Source: Octopus vulgaris
Lineage: Eukaryota
Reading direction: 5' to 3'
Assembly: GCA_951406725.2 (NCBI GenBank)
Contig: OX597826.1
Span: 13,206,001 to 13,270,000 of the forward strand
DNA: 64,000 bases
A program made the position numbers and the translations under genes. The notes below the pieces were generated by a model. The model was not told where the DNA came from, did no database searches, and was given only the letters and a program-made list of their open reading frames with translations. This document shows, piece after piece, positions 13,960-27,657 of this stretch. Each line of letters begins with the position of its first letter. Position 1 is the first letter of the stretch.

Positions 13960-14348
13960 TCTCTTATATAAAATCCGTTCAGTCTGTGTGTGTGTCTTCT
14001 AGGATCTCGGGCATCCTTCATCCGATTGCGCTCAAATTTGATATGTAGATACTGACGGTATTAGGGCGTGTATAAGTCTTGAAAAAATTACAAAAAATCG
14101 ATTCCAAGTGAGAATGCGATCGATAAAGCCGTGGGAACGTGCATTTGTAAAATCGTTTTTCTTGGAATAGAAAAAAAGTCTATCTTTATTTCTTCTTTTG
14201 CTGGTGTCTCAAATTTAGGTTAAATCAGTGTTTCTCAAAGGAGAGGCCTTTGGGACGGTAGGATAAGTTGTTTTGAGAAAATTTGGTTTAAATGTTTGAC
14301 AACTCAGCACCGTCCATTGGACGGCGGCGGGGGGTGGCGTTTTGCTCG
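13960..14348 (+). mobile_element. Helitron-like non-autonomous element
   Basis: Begins A|TCTCTTATATAAAA then (TG)n; subterminal hairpin CCGTCCA-T-TGGACGG; ends CTCG|T (imperfect CTRR). Confidence 0.5.
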
Positions 14349-14458
14349 TAGCCTATAATACGTATATACAATGTATATAGCGTATATTATAGGCGTACAC
14401 TATGGTATTGCTAGTTTCTGTACTTACAGTATATGTAACTGTATGGTGAGTTAGTTTT

Positions 14459-14605
14459 AGGTGCAGGAGTGGCTGTGTGGTTAGTAGCTTGCTTACCAAC
14501 CACATACTTCTGGGTTCAGCCCCACTGCGTGGCACCTCAGGCAAGTGTCTTCTACTAAAGCCTTGTGAGTGGATTTGGTAGACGGAAACTGAAAGAAGCC
14601 CGTCG

Positions 14606-14654
<49 letters not shown>

Positions 14655-14850
14655 CTGTGTTTGTCCCTCCCCACCACCACCAATATCGCTTGACAACCGA
14701 TGCTGGTGTGTTTACGGTCTCCGTAACTTAGCGGATCGGCAAAAGAGACCGATAGAATAAGTACTAGACTTACAAAGAATAAGTCCTGGGGTCGATTCGT
14801 TCGACTCCAGCATGGCCGCAGTCAAATAACTGAAACAAGTAAAAGAGTAT
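14459..14850 (+). mobile_element. SINE family A
   Basis: Same head, internal (TA)n(TG)n and tail as 6101, with small internal deletions. Confidence 0.88.
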
Positions 14851-14982
14851 AACATGCATACGTAAATATGCGTGTATGTGTGTGTGTGTGTATGTATGTA
14901 TTTATATTCATACATACATATAAATGTATGTATGCATATATGCATCTATGTATGTAAGCTGTGTGAATGCGTGCGTGTATGC

Positions 14983-15023
<41 letters not shown>

Positions 15024-15083
15024 TATACATACATATATATAAATATATACACATACATATACAATCATACATACACACTCACA

Positions 15084-15144
<61 letters not shown>

Positions 15145-15783
15145 TCATATATGTGTAGGTGTGTTGAATAAGTGCTGTTGCACCACACCAGTCCTGATTG
15201 AGTACCATGATAAAAAAATGGACTCCAGCCATGCCCATCACTTCTTTTCTTTCTTTGTGAAGGGAACTCATGCTCAGATGACCCAAGTGCCACTCTAAAG
15301 TGCGATCTAAAGGAGACGTATGAGTTATTTCTAGCATAAACAAGGGACCACATTGAAGCTGTCTCTCTCGTTGGTTCCTCGTTGGGTGTAGCGTGTGCAT
15401 AGCACGTATCGTGAGTGTGGTGCGTAGTGTGCGTGTGTGTGTGTGTAGTATACAAATACACATACGTATGTATGTAGGTATGTGCGGGTGTGTGTGTGTG
15501 TGTGTGTGTGTTAGTGTGAAGAAACCAAGGGACTAGTAATTGACCTAGATAGAGTCTTGAAAACAAACATACAGTCAAGAAATGTGAGAAGGACCTCGCT
15601 TTCCTCCTCCCTTCCCCTTTTTTTTCTATCCCTCTTTCTTTTTCTTTTCCTTTTTTTCTTTTACTTCTCCATCTCTCACAAACAAGTGCGCACGCGCTGA
15701 AACGTGCGCCCGTGACTGCATTCATATATGCATATGCTTGTATATATATACATACATACATGCATACTTACACACCCACACAT

Positions 15784-15821
<38 letters not shown>

Positions 15822-15838
15822 GTATGTATATACATATA

Positions 15839-15876
<38 letters not shown>

Positions 15877-15983
15877 TATATGTATCTATATTCTCATCTC
15901 TTTCTGTGTGTGTATATATATATATATACATACACACACACACATATATGTATATACACAAACATATATATATACACACACAC

Positions 15984-16015
<32 letters not shown>

Positions 16016-16198
16016 ATACGTATATGTCTGTGTGTGTGTGTATATGTGTGTAACTGAATGTGTGCATGTATGAGTGTGTGTGAATGTTCGTGGATGTGTG
16101 TGAGTAAATGCGTTGAAAGAAACCTCATTTGCGTTCTTGCGTTTCTCTGTACAAGTGTGTATATGTGTTTGTGTTTATGAATATGCGTGCATCCATGC

Positions 16199-16232
<34 letters not shown>

Positions 16233-16236
16233 ATAG

Positions 16237-16395
16237 ACAGAGTCGTCTTAACCACATTATCAGAACCCCGGGCGAAGCAAATCACTAGGGCTCCTGCATG
16301 CACAACTGCAGCATACATAGATTAGCATAGCAGCCGTGGGGCCATGGAGCCCTCACCCGGCTGGCTACCCGGGGTGACCACGTCTTCAGACGTCA
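16237..16395. mobile_element. Degenerate hAT-like MITE
   Basis: GC-rich island starting CAGAGTCGTCTTAA and ending TTCAGACGTC, similar to the termini of 2393-2538. Confidence 0.35.
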
Positions 16396-16752
16396 TTACA
16401 TGTGGATGAGCGTGCGTGCGTGCATTCGAACATATATTTCTTTGTATGTGTGTGTGTGCTTATGTGTGTCTGTATTCATCCCTGCATCTGTGTGTGTGTA
16501 TATATGTGTGTCTATGCAATCGTACATGCTTGTGTGTTTGTGTGCTTACACACAGGTCTTCTTTGCGTATATAACTATGTGTGCATCTATGTCGCTGGCG
16601 TGTATGTATGCATACTTCTGTGTATGAGTGTGTGTGTGTGCATGTATATGTATGTATGCATGTATGTATATATGCATGCGTATATGCCTCTGGTTTTGAA
16701 TTTCTGCATGTATCTATGTCTAGTTTTTCATATATGCATACCACTGTATGGG

Positions 16753-16834
<82 letters not shown>

Positions 16835-17748
16835 CATAGAGCCTTAAATACGCACATACCTCAATGCACACACGCACGCACGTACATATATGTATATGAT
16901 ATAAATATGTATGTATGTATGCACGTATGTTTGTATGTACACATGCATGCATGTATGTATGCATGCATGCATATATGTATGCGTGTACGCTTGCCTGCGT
17001 ATGTATGTGTCTGTGCGTGCATGCTTGCGTGTGTATGTGCATACAGGCCTCGCTATCGGCGTATGCGAGGATATTTTTTTTAATGCGTGTTTGTGCACGT
17101 GCACACGTATATATATCTCTGCTTACGTTTTGTGCATATGTGTGTGCATGCGTGCATACATGCATGCCCACAAGTGGACCTGTGAAAAGCCTGGTGTGTG
17201 TATGTATTGTGTACATGCTTGTCTCTTCGTACGTTTGCGTATGTGTGCGTGCATGCATGCTTTGTACGTGTATGCGTAAAGAATTCTGTACCTACATGTG
17301 CATGCCTACATGCATGCATGTCTGCATCTGCGCACATGCATATCTCTATTAACGTGTGTATGTAACTATGTGTACGTACATGCATGTGGGAGTGAATGTG
17401 TGTTCATACGCCTCTATGCGTGAATATGTCTATGTGTGTGTGTGTGCGTGTGCGTACGCGTAGAGGCATGTGCGAATGTATACGCGCGTACATACCTCTG
17501 TGCATGTATGTATATGCAATGTACGTCTGTGTGTCCGTGTGCACAGACATGTGCAAATGCATATCTATATGTATATGTATATGTATCTATAAGTATATGT
17601 AATGTACTTCATGTGCATTCGTATGTACAGACTTGTGCAAGTGTATATGCGTGTGACAGGCTCTATGTATTTATATGCTGTGTACGTGTGCATGTGTGTA
17701 CGTACAGACATGTACGATCGAATGTGAGCGTACAAACCTCAGTGTACG

Positions 17749-18248
17749 TACGGGGCGGGGTGCTGAAAATTTCTTGGCTTTGGGTGAAAGAAAATGAAGG
17801 AGGGTCAGTTAATTATGAGTCTCTCCAGCATATACCCTTCTCAAATATAGGCGGCGAGCTGGCAGAAACGTTAGCACGCCGGGCAAAATGCGTAGCCGTG
17901 TTTCGTCTGCCGTTACGTTCTGAGTTCAAATTCCGCCGAGGTCGACTTTGCCTTGCATCCCTTCGGGGTCGATAAATTAAGTACCAGTTACTCACTGGGG
18001 TCGATGTAATCGACTTAATCCGTTTGTCCCCTCTATGTTTAGCCCCTTGTGGGTAGTAAAGAAATATATACCCTTCTCAAATTCATGCACTTTTTGCAGA
18101 GCTCCTTATGTTTTTTTTTTGTTGTTTTTTCTTTTTCCTAGGCCCTGTAAAAGAACTCGGAAGGCTGGGGCTCCAACCAGGCCTTTTCGCGACACCCTTA
18201 AAGCCAGGAACTTTTCAAATCTCCACCCCGCCCCAACCTACCCCCGTA
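17749..18248. mobile_element. Mariner-type MITE interrupted by a SINE B
   Basis: TIR GGGGTGCTGAAAATTTCTTGGCTTT vs AAAGCCAGGAACTTTTCA...CACCCC; TA at both ends; a homologous partial copy lies at 19781-20027. Confidence 0.7.
17849..18065 (+). mobile_element. SINE family B, full length, 17-bp TSD
   Basis: TSD ATATACCCTTCTCAAAT at 17830-17846 and 18066-18082; A-box-like TGGCAGAAACG and B-box-like GAGTTCAAATTCC. Confidence 0.92.
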
Positions 18249-18491
18249 TATATCTATGGCTGTGTTCATGTGTAATGTACGGAAACTGTAGAAAGACAGA
18301 TGTGTAAGATCAAGTATATCAGGAAAAAATTTAAAAAAAGTCACTCGGCTAACTACGCTACCTATACCTTTTACCGTCCCATCTTCCAAAATTCCCCCAA
18401 AACTCTGTCTGCTTTTTAACACTCAGCCACCACCAATCTCTTCTCTTTAGTTTATTATTTTGCTTTTCAGTATTCATTCAATTATCTTGAA

Positions 18492-18533
<42 letters not shown>

Positions 18534-18585
18534 GTTATTATTATTATTACCATTATTATTATTATTATTACTATTATTATTATTA

Positions 18586-18634
<49 letters not shown>

Positions 18635-18681
18635 CATTATTATTATTATTATCATTTTTGTTATTATTATCATTATTATTA

Positions 18682-18713
<32 letters not shown>

Positions 18714-19139
18714 TGTGTGGATGAATCTGCCGGATTTATTTTTTTTTTACGAATAAGTCTTCTTGTATTTCTGCCCTTGTTATTTTCTGCTGCTGCTGCT
18801 GCCGCTGCTGCTGTTGCTGTCGCTGTTATTGTTATTGAAGATCCCCAGTCTTGAGCAGACAGAAGAATGGCATGGTATGGTATGGTATGTATGTATGTAT
18901 GTATGTATGTATGCATATTTGCATGTATGTATGTATGGATGGATGGATGGATGGATGGATGGATGTACGTATGTATGAATGTATGTATGCATGTTTGCAT
19001 GTATGTATGTATGTATGCATGTATGCATGTTTGCATGTATGTATGTATGTATGTATGTATGTATGTATGTATGTATGGATGGATGGATGGATGGATGGAT
19101 GTACGTATGTATGAATGTCTGTCTGTCTGTATGTATGTA

Positions 19140-19184
<45 letters not shown>

Positions 19185-19780
19185 TTAGGAGATGCTGGTG
19201 ATTGTTGACATGAAACTAAACCTTAGTATTTTCTTAAGCCTTCCTAACTTCAGCTGGGCCGTTTTATTTATTATAACAAGTCTCTTCAATAAAACTGCAT
19301 GTTGTGCATTTGAAAAATACCCAGAAATTACTTAACAAGAATGTGGGTTGATGTGGGAAGGGCATCATGGTCCGGGCTGCTACAGAGAAGGGAAAAACGA
19401 ACCCCTACCTCATCGAAACATGACGAATTTATATTATCCATGGAACCTTGGTGATGCGGTGCCCATATCTTATCTTGTGATTGTGTTTTGATACTATATG
19501 AAGAAGGATTGGCGACAATGGTGGAATCCCATAGTGTTGGCGTTGTTGTTGTTGTTGTAATTGTTGTTCGTGTAGATGATTAACCCCCAGATCGCCCCCA
19601 TCCCCTACCGAGCCCTTTCCTTATTAACATGGTACGGTGTGATTTGAGATAGATTTGTCTGCTGTTTGTAGCAGGTTAAACGACCACACATTGGGTTCTG
19701 TTATTGGGTCTGTTACTATGGTAGGCACCGGTGCCAACGAAGCCTGTCTATCCGGCAAAATTTCCATGTTACCATGGTAA

Positions 19781-19925
19781 TTTCTCTCCGGCATATACCC
19801 CTCTCAAATTCATGCACTTATTGCAGCGCTCCTTCTGTTTTTTCTTTTTTTTCTTTCGCTAAGTGACGTAAACACACCAGCATCGGTTGTCAAGCAATGC
19901 TAGGGGGACAAACACAGACACACAA

Positions 19926-19958
<33 letters not shown>

Positions 19959-20027
19959 CATATATATAATAAAAGAACTCGGAAGGCTGGGGCTCCAGCC
20001 AGGCCTTTCGCGACACCTTTAAAGCCA
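19781..20027. mobile_element. Second partial copy of the mariner-type MITE, interrupted by a SINE A fragment (19862-19968, minus strand)
   Basis: CTCTCCGGCATATACCCCTCTCAAATTCATGCAC and TAAAAGAACTCGGAAGGCTGGGGCTCCAGCCAGGCC match 17821-18207. Confidence 0.75.
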
Positions 20028-20340
20028 TGGTGGTGGTGTCGACGGCAGTGGTGGTGACGGTGATGGTGATGGTGGTGGAGATGGTGGTGGGCTGGATGAT
20101 GATAGTGATGACAGTGATGATAATAATGATGATAATGATAATCTGTTTTCAATATCGCTAAGAATAATTTGAACAACAACAACAAAAAGAAAACTAATGC
20201 CCGAGGAAACCAGAGATGATCTGAGTTATCAAGTAGCATTTAATAAAATCCTTGAAATAAATAAAGTTTGGGCGATGAGTTCCCTATTAAAAAGACTGGA
20301 GCAGGACCCTTCTGGCTAATATAATATAACATAATATAAT

Positions 20341-20407
<67 letters not shown>

Positions 20408-20811
20408 ATATGTATATACTTTAATTATCGTATCCCGGAAAAAGAGCAAAATGTTCCCATGCCGTCGTTACTTAATTGCATTCTTGTATCTATTATCAGA
20501 AGGAGCGAGCTGAAACTTTTGGTTAATCAACCAATCACGGAGTGAGTTGTGTAAACAAATATCTTCCATGTGCCTGCTGTTTGTTTTCATCCTGACAGCC
20601 TATATTTACGACTTCTTGCTCAGCTTCCAGTGCTGCTCTTACGTAGCTTATCTATACATTTACCGACCTCTCTGTCGCCCCTCTTTTCTCCTTCTCCTCC
20701 TCCTCCTCCTTCTTGTTCTTCTTGTTCTTCTTGTTCTTCTTCTTCTTCTTCTTCTTCTCCTTCTTCTTCTGCTCCTTCTGCTTCTTCACTGTGTACATCT
20801 CTGCTGCTCTC

Positions 20812-21031
20812 TTTACTCTTTACTCTTTACTCTTTTACTTGTTTCAGTCATTTGACTGTGGCCATGCTGGAGCACCGCCTTTAGTCGAGCAAATCGACCC
20901 CGGGCATTATTCTTTTGTAAGCCCAGTACTTATTCTATCGGTCACTTTTGACGAACCGCTAAGTTACGGGGACGTAAACACACCAGCATCGGTTGCCAAG
21001 CAATGCTAGGGGAACAAACACAGACACACAA

Positions 21032-21068
<37 letters not shown>

Positions 21069-21235
21069 CATATATACGACAGGCTTCTTTCAGTTTCCGT
21101 CTACCAAATCCACTCACAAGGCATTGGTCGGCCCGGGGCTATAGCAGAAGACACTTGCCCAAGATGCCACGCAGTGGGACTGAACCCGTAACCATGTGGT
21201 TGGTTAGCAAGCTACTTACCACACAGCCATTCCTG
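20812..21235 (-). mobile_element. SINE family A, full length
   Basis: Reverse complement of the 6101 consensus; tail (CTCTTTA)n. Confidence 0.88.
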
Positions 21236-21894
21236 ATGCTTGTTTGTTTGTTTATTTGTTTGTTGAGCGAAGTGGTCTTCGTCCCAGAGCTCGCAGGATC
21301 GTGCCTCTGTAGTGGGAGAAGTCCGAAACGTGGTCCTTTGCTATTCGTAAGATATTTGTTTCATATCGTATCAATGGCCAAGGAAGAAGAATCAGCACTA
21401 TTCTAGGTACTGAAAACATCAAATAGGACAGTGACAATGAGTAGAGACATTAACCGCCGAGATTCCCTTGTTAGCTGCCAATCGAATAATTTCATGATAT
21501 TGACACCTAACACAGGGTCACTACTTCATACGGTGTCAAACAGCGATAAAGAATATAGCCTAATGTCGTTTGTGAATATATATTTGTAGCAGGGATGCGT
21601 ATCCTAAACTTATAAATCGAAACCACAACCATATATGGCGAAAAATGAAACATATAAATTAAAATAATTATAAATCAAGCAAAAAAACAACAACAAAAAA
21701 CGCATTTTGATTGAAAAGATTAAACATTAATAGAATGATATATCTGTGTGTGATGTAAGCATTGAAAAGAAAGAGAGAGACAGAAAGATAGATAAATAGA
21801 TAGATATACAGAAATATATATGTATATGGTTGCATTCGTAAAGAACGCACACACATATACACACAAGCACGCACAGGTAGGCATACAGACACAT

Positions 21895-21964
<70 letters not shown>

Positions 21965-22479
21965 GCTTCAAGTAAACGTTCTCATTTGATAATGTACTTG
22001 TGATTATTTTATCCAATTCCCAGAACGAATTTATTTATTTATTAATTTCGTAATTCATATTTGCTGGGTCGTTGCAGGGAGCCATAGCAAAGATCCGTAA
22101 AAGCCCATCGGACCTATACTTATTACATATAGCTGTAATATTAATCGGATAAGCAAATAAATATTCCTTCGGATAGAATATAACGCAATCTCTCAGTTTC
22201 AGAAGGAAGATCTGGTTCCTATTTTGGAGCAGGCAATGAAAATTCATTCGTCTATTTCTCTCACATGGGATACAGAAAAATGTAGCGAGACCATCCGGAT
22301 TTTAATTTCCATGTAGTACTTTTATCTGCTTCAATATGTTTGTACCATGGGCATTTGTCTGTCTGGTTAACGTTTGGCTGATAAATATTTGACGTTTGGT
22401 TATTTCATGCAACGAAATCCTTAGACTGATATCGGGCCGTTTGATCCACGGTGGATGGGGAATATATCAAACTTATATC

Positions 22480-23090
22480 TTTTATGCTTTTTAAAGTTTC
22501 ACTCATTGGACAGAAGCCATGCCAGGGTGCCACAAATCGACCCCACAACATGTTTTTTTTTTTAAAGTCTGGTGCTTGCTCTGTCAGTATCTTTTGTTGA
22601 ATGGCTAAGTTAGCGGGACGTAAACAAAAGCAGCACCGGTTGTCAAGCGGTTATGGTCGATGACAAATGCCGACACAAATGCACTCTCGTACACACACAT
22701 ACATACACACATACCTGCATCCACACACACACACACAATTCTGTGTGTGTGTGTGTGTGTTTACGCCGCCCTGACTTAGCAGTTCGGTAAAGGAAACCGA
22801 TAGAGTAAATACAAGGCTTATAAAAAATATACTAGGGTCGATTTATTCGTTCGACAAAATTTCTGGTACACCAGAATGGCCGCAGTCTCACGACCGAAAC
22901 AAGTGAAAGATAAAAGATTAAATATATATATACAACGGACTTCCACACAGTTTCTAAATTCACTCATAAGGTACTAATCGACCCAGGGCTATAGCAGAAG
23001 ACACTCGCCTAAGATGCTGCGCATTGACACTGAACCCAAAGCCATGTAGTTTCAAGCGAACTTCTTAGCCACAAACCATGTCTGCTCCTA
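22480..23090 (-). mobile_element. Old degenerate SINE A with a nested opposite-strand SINE A 3' half (~22760-22917)
   Basis: Recognisable blocks CCGGTTGTCAAGCG and AGCAGAAGACAC.CGCC.AAGATG; nested ACTTAGCAGTTCGGTAAAGGAAACCGATAG...GAAACAAGTGAAAGA. Confidence 0.6.
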
Positions 23091-23104
23091 TATATCAAAG
23101 ATAT

Positions 23105-23401
23105 CACGTGATCACGTGACCGACCAGACCATCAGATGTTGTTACACATCGCTGGTCACAATGCGTTCGCATTGTTTTAGCCTTCGAATGACGCCACCCC
23201 GCTGGCTAAGCGAGCAGGCCAACAGAAGAAAGAGTAGGAGAAAGAGTGGTGAAAGAGTACAGCAGGGATCACCACCCCTTGCCGGAGACTCGTGGAGCTT
23301 TTAGGTGTTTTCGCTCAATAAACACTCACAACGCCCGGCCTGGGAATCGAAACCGCGATCCTACGACCGCGAGTCCGCTTCCCTAACCATTGCGCCTCCA
23401 C
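23105..23401 (-). mobile_element. tRNA-derived SINE family D, 13-bp TSD
   Basis: Minus-strand head GTGGAGGCGCAATGGTTAGGG...GGTTTCGATTCCC; TSD ATATCAAAGATAT at 23092-23104 and 23402-23414. Confidence 0.85.
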
Positions 23402-24964
23402 ATATCAAAGATATATATGTCAAAATTATTGAAACAATAATTCCAGTTTTTTTAAAATTCTCTAAGCCACTGCTGGAAAAACTTTATTGCACGGTGTGTA
23501 GAAATTCTAATTTCTATACTTAATTCTGAATCATTTACATGTATACAAATATTTTAGCTTTATGTAAATGCTTTCAGATAACTTTTTATAAGATGATATT
23601 GCGTGAGTCGGAGGGGGGGGGGGGGGTTTTTTTTTTTTTTTTTTTTTCAAAGGCCATCGTATATCACCTGAAAATTCTCAACATGTCACTAACGATGCAC
23701 ACCTTATAGGTTCGTCGTCACTGGATTAAGCACTACACTGATATTGATTTCTTGCGCTGATATTGATTTCAAGGCCGCAGATGTGGGTTTCGGCATAAAC
23801 AATTAGACAGATCTGATCTCATTAATTAACTAGTACGTACTTTATTGGCCCTTGAAGGATGAAAGATAAAATTGAACTCGTCGACACAACATTAATACGG
23901 CAAGGATGTTGTGATCATACTTGTTTAGGTCGACTCCCGTAATATTTCTTTGATGGACACTAAAAGGGTAAAACTATATATAAAGTCTTGCTAGCATTGA
24001 TTTCAGCTTCAAATATTTGGTACAGCATTCAACAATTTCTATCAACTCGCCACCCTTTTTCCTTAAAATAACTACTGAGAATATTTTGCATTTGTAATGT
24101 ACGCGAAAAAAAACAACAAAAAGCACTATTGGCTTTGTAAATACAGATACCATGGCTAGGGGTACAATTGAAAGGAAAATGCTGCAAATGGGTTGATACT
24201 TTGGATTATGAGACGGTCAATGAGTTCGGAAGAACATACTTTGGTGCAGAAATCACAGAAGATGATAAAAAAAATATCTCCGTATCGGTGGATAAGATAA
24301 AAACGTTCTTTCGTTAGAATCTTTGTAATGTTTGCACTTAATAACTTACTAGTGCTGCCGAACCTGTTCAACGAGGAATGTTGGTTTGATAGTTCTTTAA
24401 GTTTGGGGCACGAGATATAAGGGTAAGTAGTTAGACTTGGCCATTAAGTACAAAGGACTTTGCCAATAAAGGCAAAAATAAAGCAAACAAAAAATTCCAC
24501 CACAATCTCTTCCCTTGTGAATAAAGGATATAACAGGATCTTCAACTGCGTCAGAATGGTAAAAACAGAATTCATTCTAACATTAACGGTCTGTGATAGA
24601 TACCAGAATATCGTTGGTGGTCGATGACAATTAACGGAGCTGACTGGACTCCAGGGAACAAATGCCGATTGTTTCATAGACATTTGGATCTACTTGAATG
24701 AAGACTGCGGCAATAAATGTGTCAATGTTTCTTATGTCCACACCAGATAAAAGATATACATACATACTCACACACACATATCCATTCCTACATACATACA
24801 CACACACACACACGCACATATATATATATACATACATACATACATACATACATACATACACACACATACACACATATACAAATATATATATACAAACACA
24901 TTTATGATATACATATATTTACATTTGTACACACACATATAAGCATATGTATATAAGTATGCAC

Positions 24965-25041
<77 letters not shown>

Positions 25042-25104
25042 CATATCTATATATAAATCAGAGGCGGCTCGAAGAAATTTTCTGCAATATTTCTAGCCCC
25101 AATA

Positions 25105-25362
25105 TTTCTAACCCTTATTTTGTATATCTAGCAATGTATGCCAGAAGGTTTGCTAATCTAACGGAGGCCTCAAAAGACATTTTAAAATCCACAAAGATCA
25201 GAACTTAACTGCAGCCCTTGGTGGTCCAAATCGGATATGCAATCGATGTGGGTGTCTTTTCAGAACATTGTCTAGTTTAAAAAACCACATCAGATACTAT
25301 GATAGTTTTGAGATGTAGGTACAGGAAGTGGTCAAACTCTGCATAAGTAGACAACCACCATG
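25105..25362 (+). mobile_element. Decayed LINE-like 3' end encoding two C2H2 zinc fingers (copy 1)
   Basis: Homologous to 34700-34958 with the same 3' end ...AGTAGACAACCACCATGTA; residual NVCQKVC*SNGGLKRHFKIH and CNRCGCLFRTLSSLKNHIR. Confidence 0.65.
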
Positions 25363-25386
25363 TATATATATACATTTATATATATA

Positions 25387-26540
25387 TTAGACTACCCGTG
25401 ACCCGTTGGGTCATCTGCAAAGTCTGAGTTTCCCAACAACGGAGTTTTGTTTAATTTTTTTCTTTTCCATCGAAATCACGTGTAAACGGCTCCTTTCCCC
25501 GGAAAAAGAAATATTTGGCTGCTATTTTTTGCATGCCCTGCTACCACGTAACAGGTATTTCGGGTCCTTTATCGCAAATACCTGTTACGTGGTAGCAGGG
25601 CGTGCTAGAAATAGTAGACCAAATCTTTGGCGCTGAGATACGACGAATGCACTCGAAGAAATTTTTATAATGTTATTCTCTTAGGGTGATCTTTCGCTTT
25701 GACTCTCAGAACTGTAATCCAGATCACCTGGTCTTGTTCGTCAATTTCTGTAAAAAAGTTTTATTTATTTTTACTTTTGTTTTAAAGTGAAAGATGTATG
25801 AACGTGTATATGAAATGGACGCGTGTGTGTGTGTGTTTGAGAGAGAGAGAAAAGAGAGAGCCACTTACACATAAGAACACACACGTTCACTCACTTTCTC
25901 TTTCTTTTTCTCTCTCCTCCTCTCTCTGTCTCTCTCTCTCTCTCTCTTTCACACACACACACACACATACACGTCATTTCATATACACGTACATACATAT
26001 TTCACGTTCTCTTCTTTAAAACAAAAGTAAATAAATACAATTTTTTACAGTAATTAACAACTCGAAAATAATTTTAAAAAACATTAAAATAGTGTCTCTT
26101 TAAAGAAAACTAAAATATAAATACTTAACTACACAAACTACTTAAATTTTTGAAATTACATTCAGTTAAAAATATTTTTAAATGATTGAAATATTGTGTA
26201 CGTCAAAATGTCGACTTTTGTTTTAGAGAGCGCGAAAACTATGAGTGTGTATATGTCACAGATAGCGGACGTGTGTTTGTGTTGATTGACACGCCATGAC
26301 ATTCATTATATGTGTATGTATTCTGTATGTGTGTATGTGTGTTGACGTCACGAGTAAACACAAAAATTCTGTTTACCCGTTTTCATTAGTAAATAGAGGT
26401 CCAAATGTTACAAAAATTTGGACTTCACTGTCGAAGGTAAGTATGAAAATAAATATGCTAAAAAAATTAAGATAAAATATACTATTCCTCAGATATTTCG
26501 GGTATACACAGACATCCCTAGAGTTTTAGTATTATTAAGA
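25387..26540 (-). mobile_element. Helitron-like non-autonomous element with internal hairpins
   Basis: On the minus strand A|TCTTAATAATAC...TGACCCAACGGGTCA (hairpin)...CTAA|T, matching Helitron TC/CTRR ends and an AT target site. Confidence 0.6.
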
Positions 26541-27402
26541 TATATAGTATTGAGGTGCGCTCGCAGGTCTACACGCGTGTGTTTTTGCACGTGAGTGTGT
26601 TTGTATTTATAAGTATTTTATAGGAAAACGAAAGAAAAGAGAGTTTTAAAATTTTTTGCTTATAGGTTCATATGATAATTTTAGTACCACATACCAACAT
26701 TGGATGCCAACTTCGGATGTAATACGTGGCTTGATTTATCACCACCGGTTGGGCCTTGGTGTTTTAAAGCATTCTCACTCTGTTGTAAACATCCTTGGGC
26801 CAGGCTATTGCTCTAACGTTTACTCATGAGCAGTAGCGTAGCTGGTGATGGTGGTGGTGTGGTGGGGCATCTGCTCTAAGTGACTTTTTTATGGGGCGGC
26901 ACATTTGGTCTGTTGTATAATCCTATAAGGAAGGATGCGACAAACTCAAGGGCTGTCCCACGGGAGTACATACTCTAGCTATACCACAGCCCCTGAGTTG
27001 TGATATTTTTACCGATTTCTTATAGGGTGTCCTACAAAATGGGCGCTGCCCTTCTTCTTCTGGCATAACCATGGGGAAAAATGGAAAACAATGGGAAGAA
27101 AATTGAAGCACTTGTCGTGGATATTTTTTTCTAGATGATACAATAGTAATGAATCAAGGAAGGAACCTCTACGTGTCGCTTGACCGTCTAGAAGTAGAAA
27201 CCAGATCTTTCTTAAATCTAAAAGTCACACTGGATAATGCAGATCAGGGTCCATACGGTCTCTGAGTGTCCATATAAAGTTTTTAGGAGTCCATGCAGCA
27301 AAATAGTATGTTATGGATCCACAATAGTACTTTAAGGGCCTCTGGGAAAATTTTGATTTAGATATTTGCACTGCTAAGTTTCTTTCTCTAGCATTTTGCA
27401 TA

Positions 27403-27657
27403 ATAAAAAATAAATGCGCCCTGTTAAATCCTACCCAGGTTCATGGGCCCAGTTTCCCGGTTTCTACGGCGTATGTGTTCCCCAGCTGGACGCCAGTCCA
27501 TCGCAGTGTTACTCACTTTTGCCAGCTGACCGGACTGGAGCAACGTGAAATGAAGTGTTTTGCTCAAGAACACAACTCGTCGGCCGGTCCAGGAATCGAA
27601 ACCACAATCTTACGATCTTGATGCTGACACCCTAACCACTAAACCACGCGCCTCCAC
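27403..27657 (-). mobile_element. tRNA-derived SINE family E, 13-bp TSD
   Basis: Head GTGGAGGCGCGTGGTTTAGTGGTTAGGG...GGTTTCGATTCC; CORE-like GTGTTCTTGAGCAAAACACTT; TSD AGCATTTTGCATA at 27390-27402 and 27658-27670. Confidence 0.85.
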
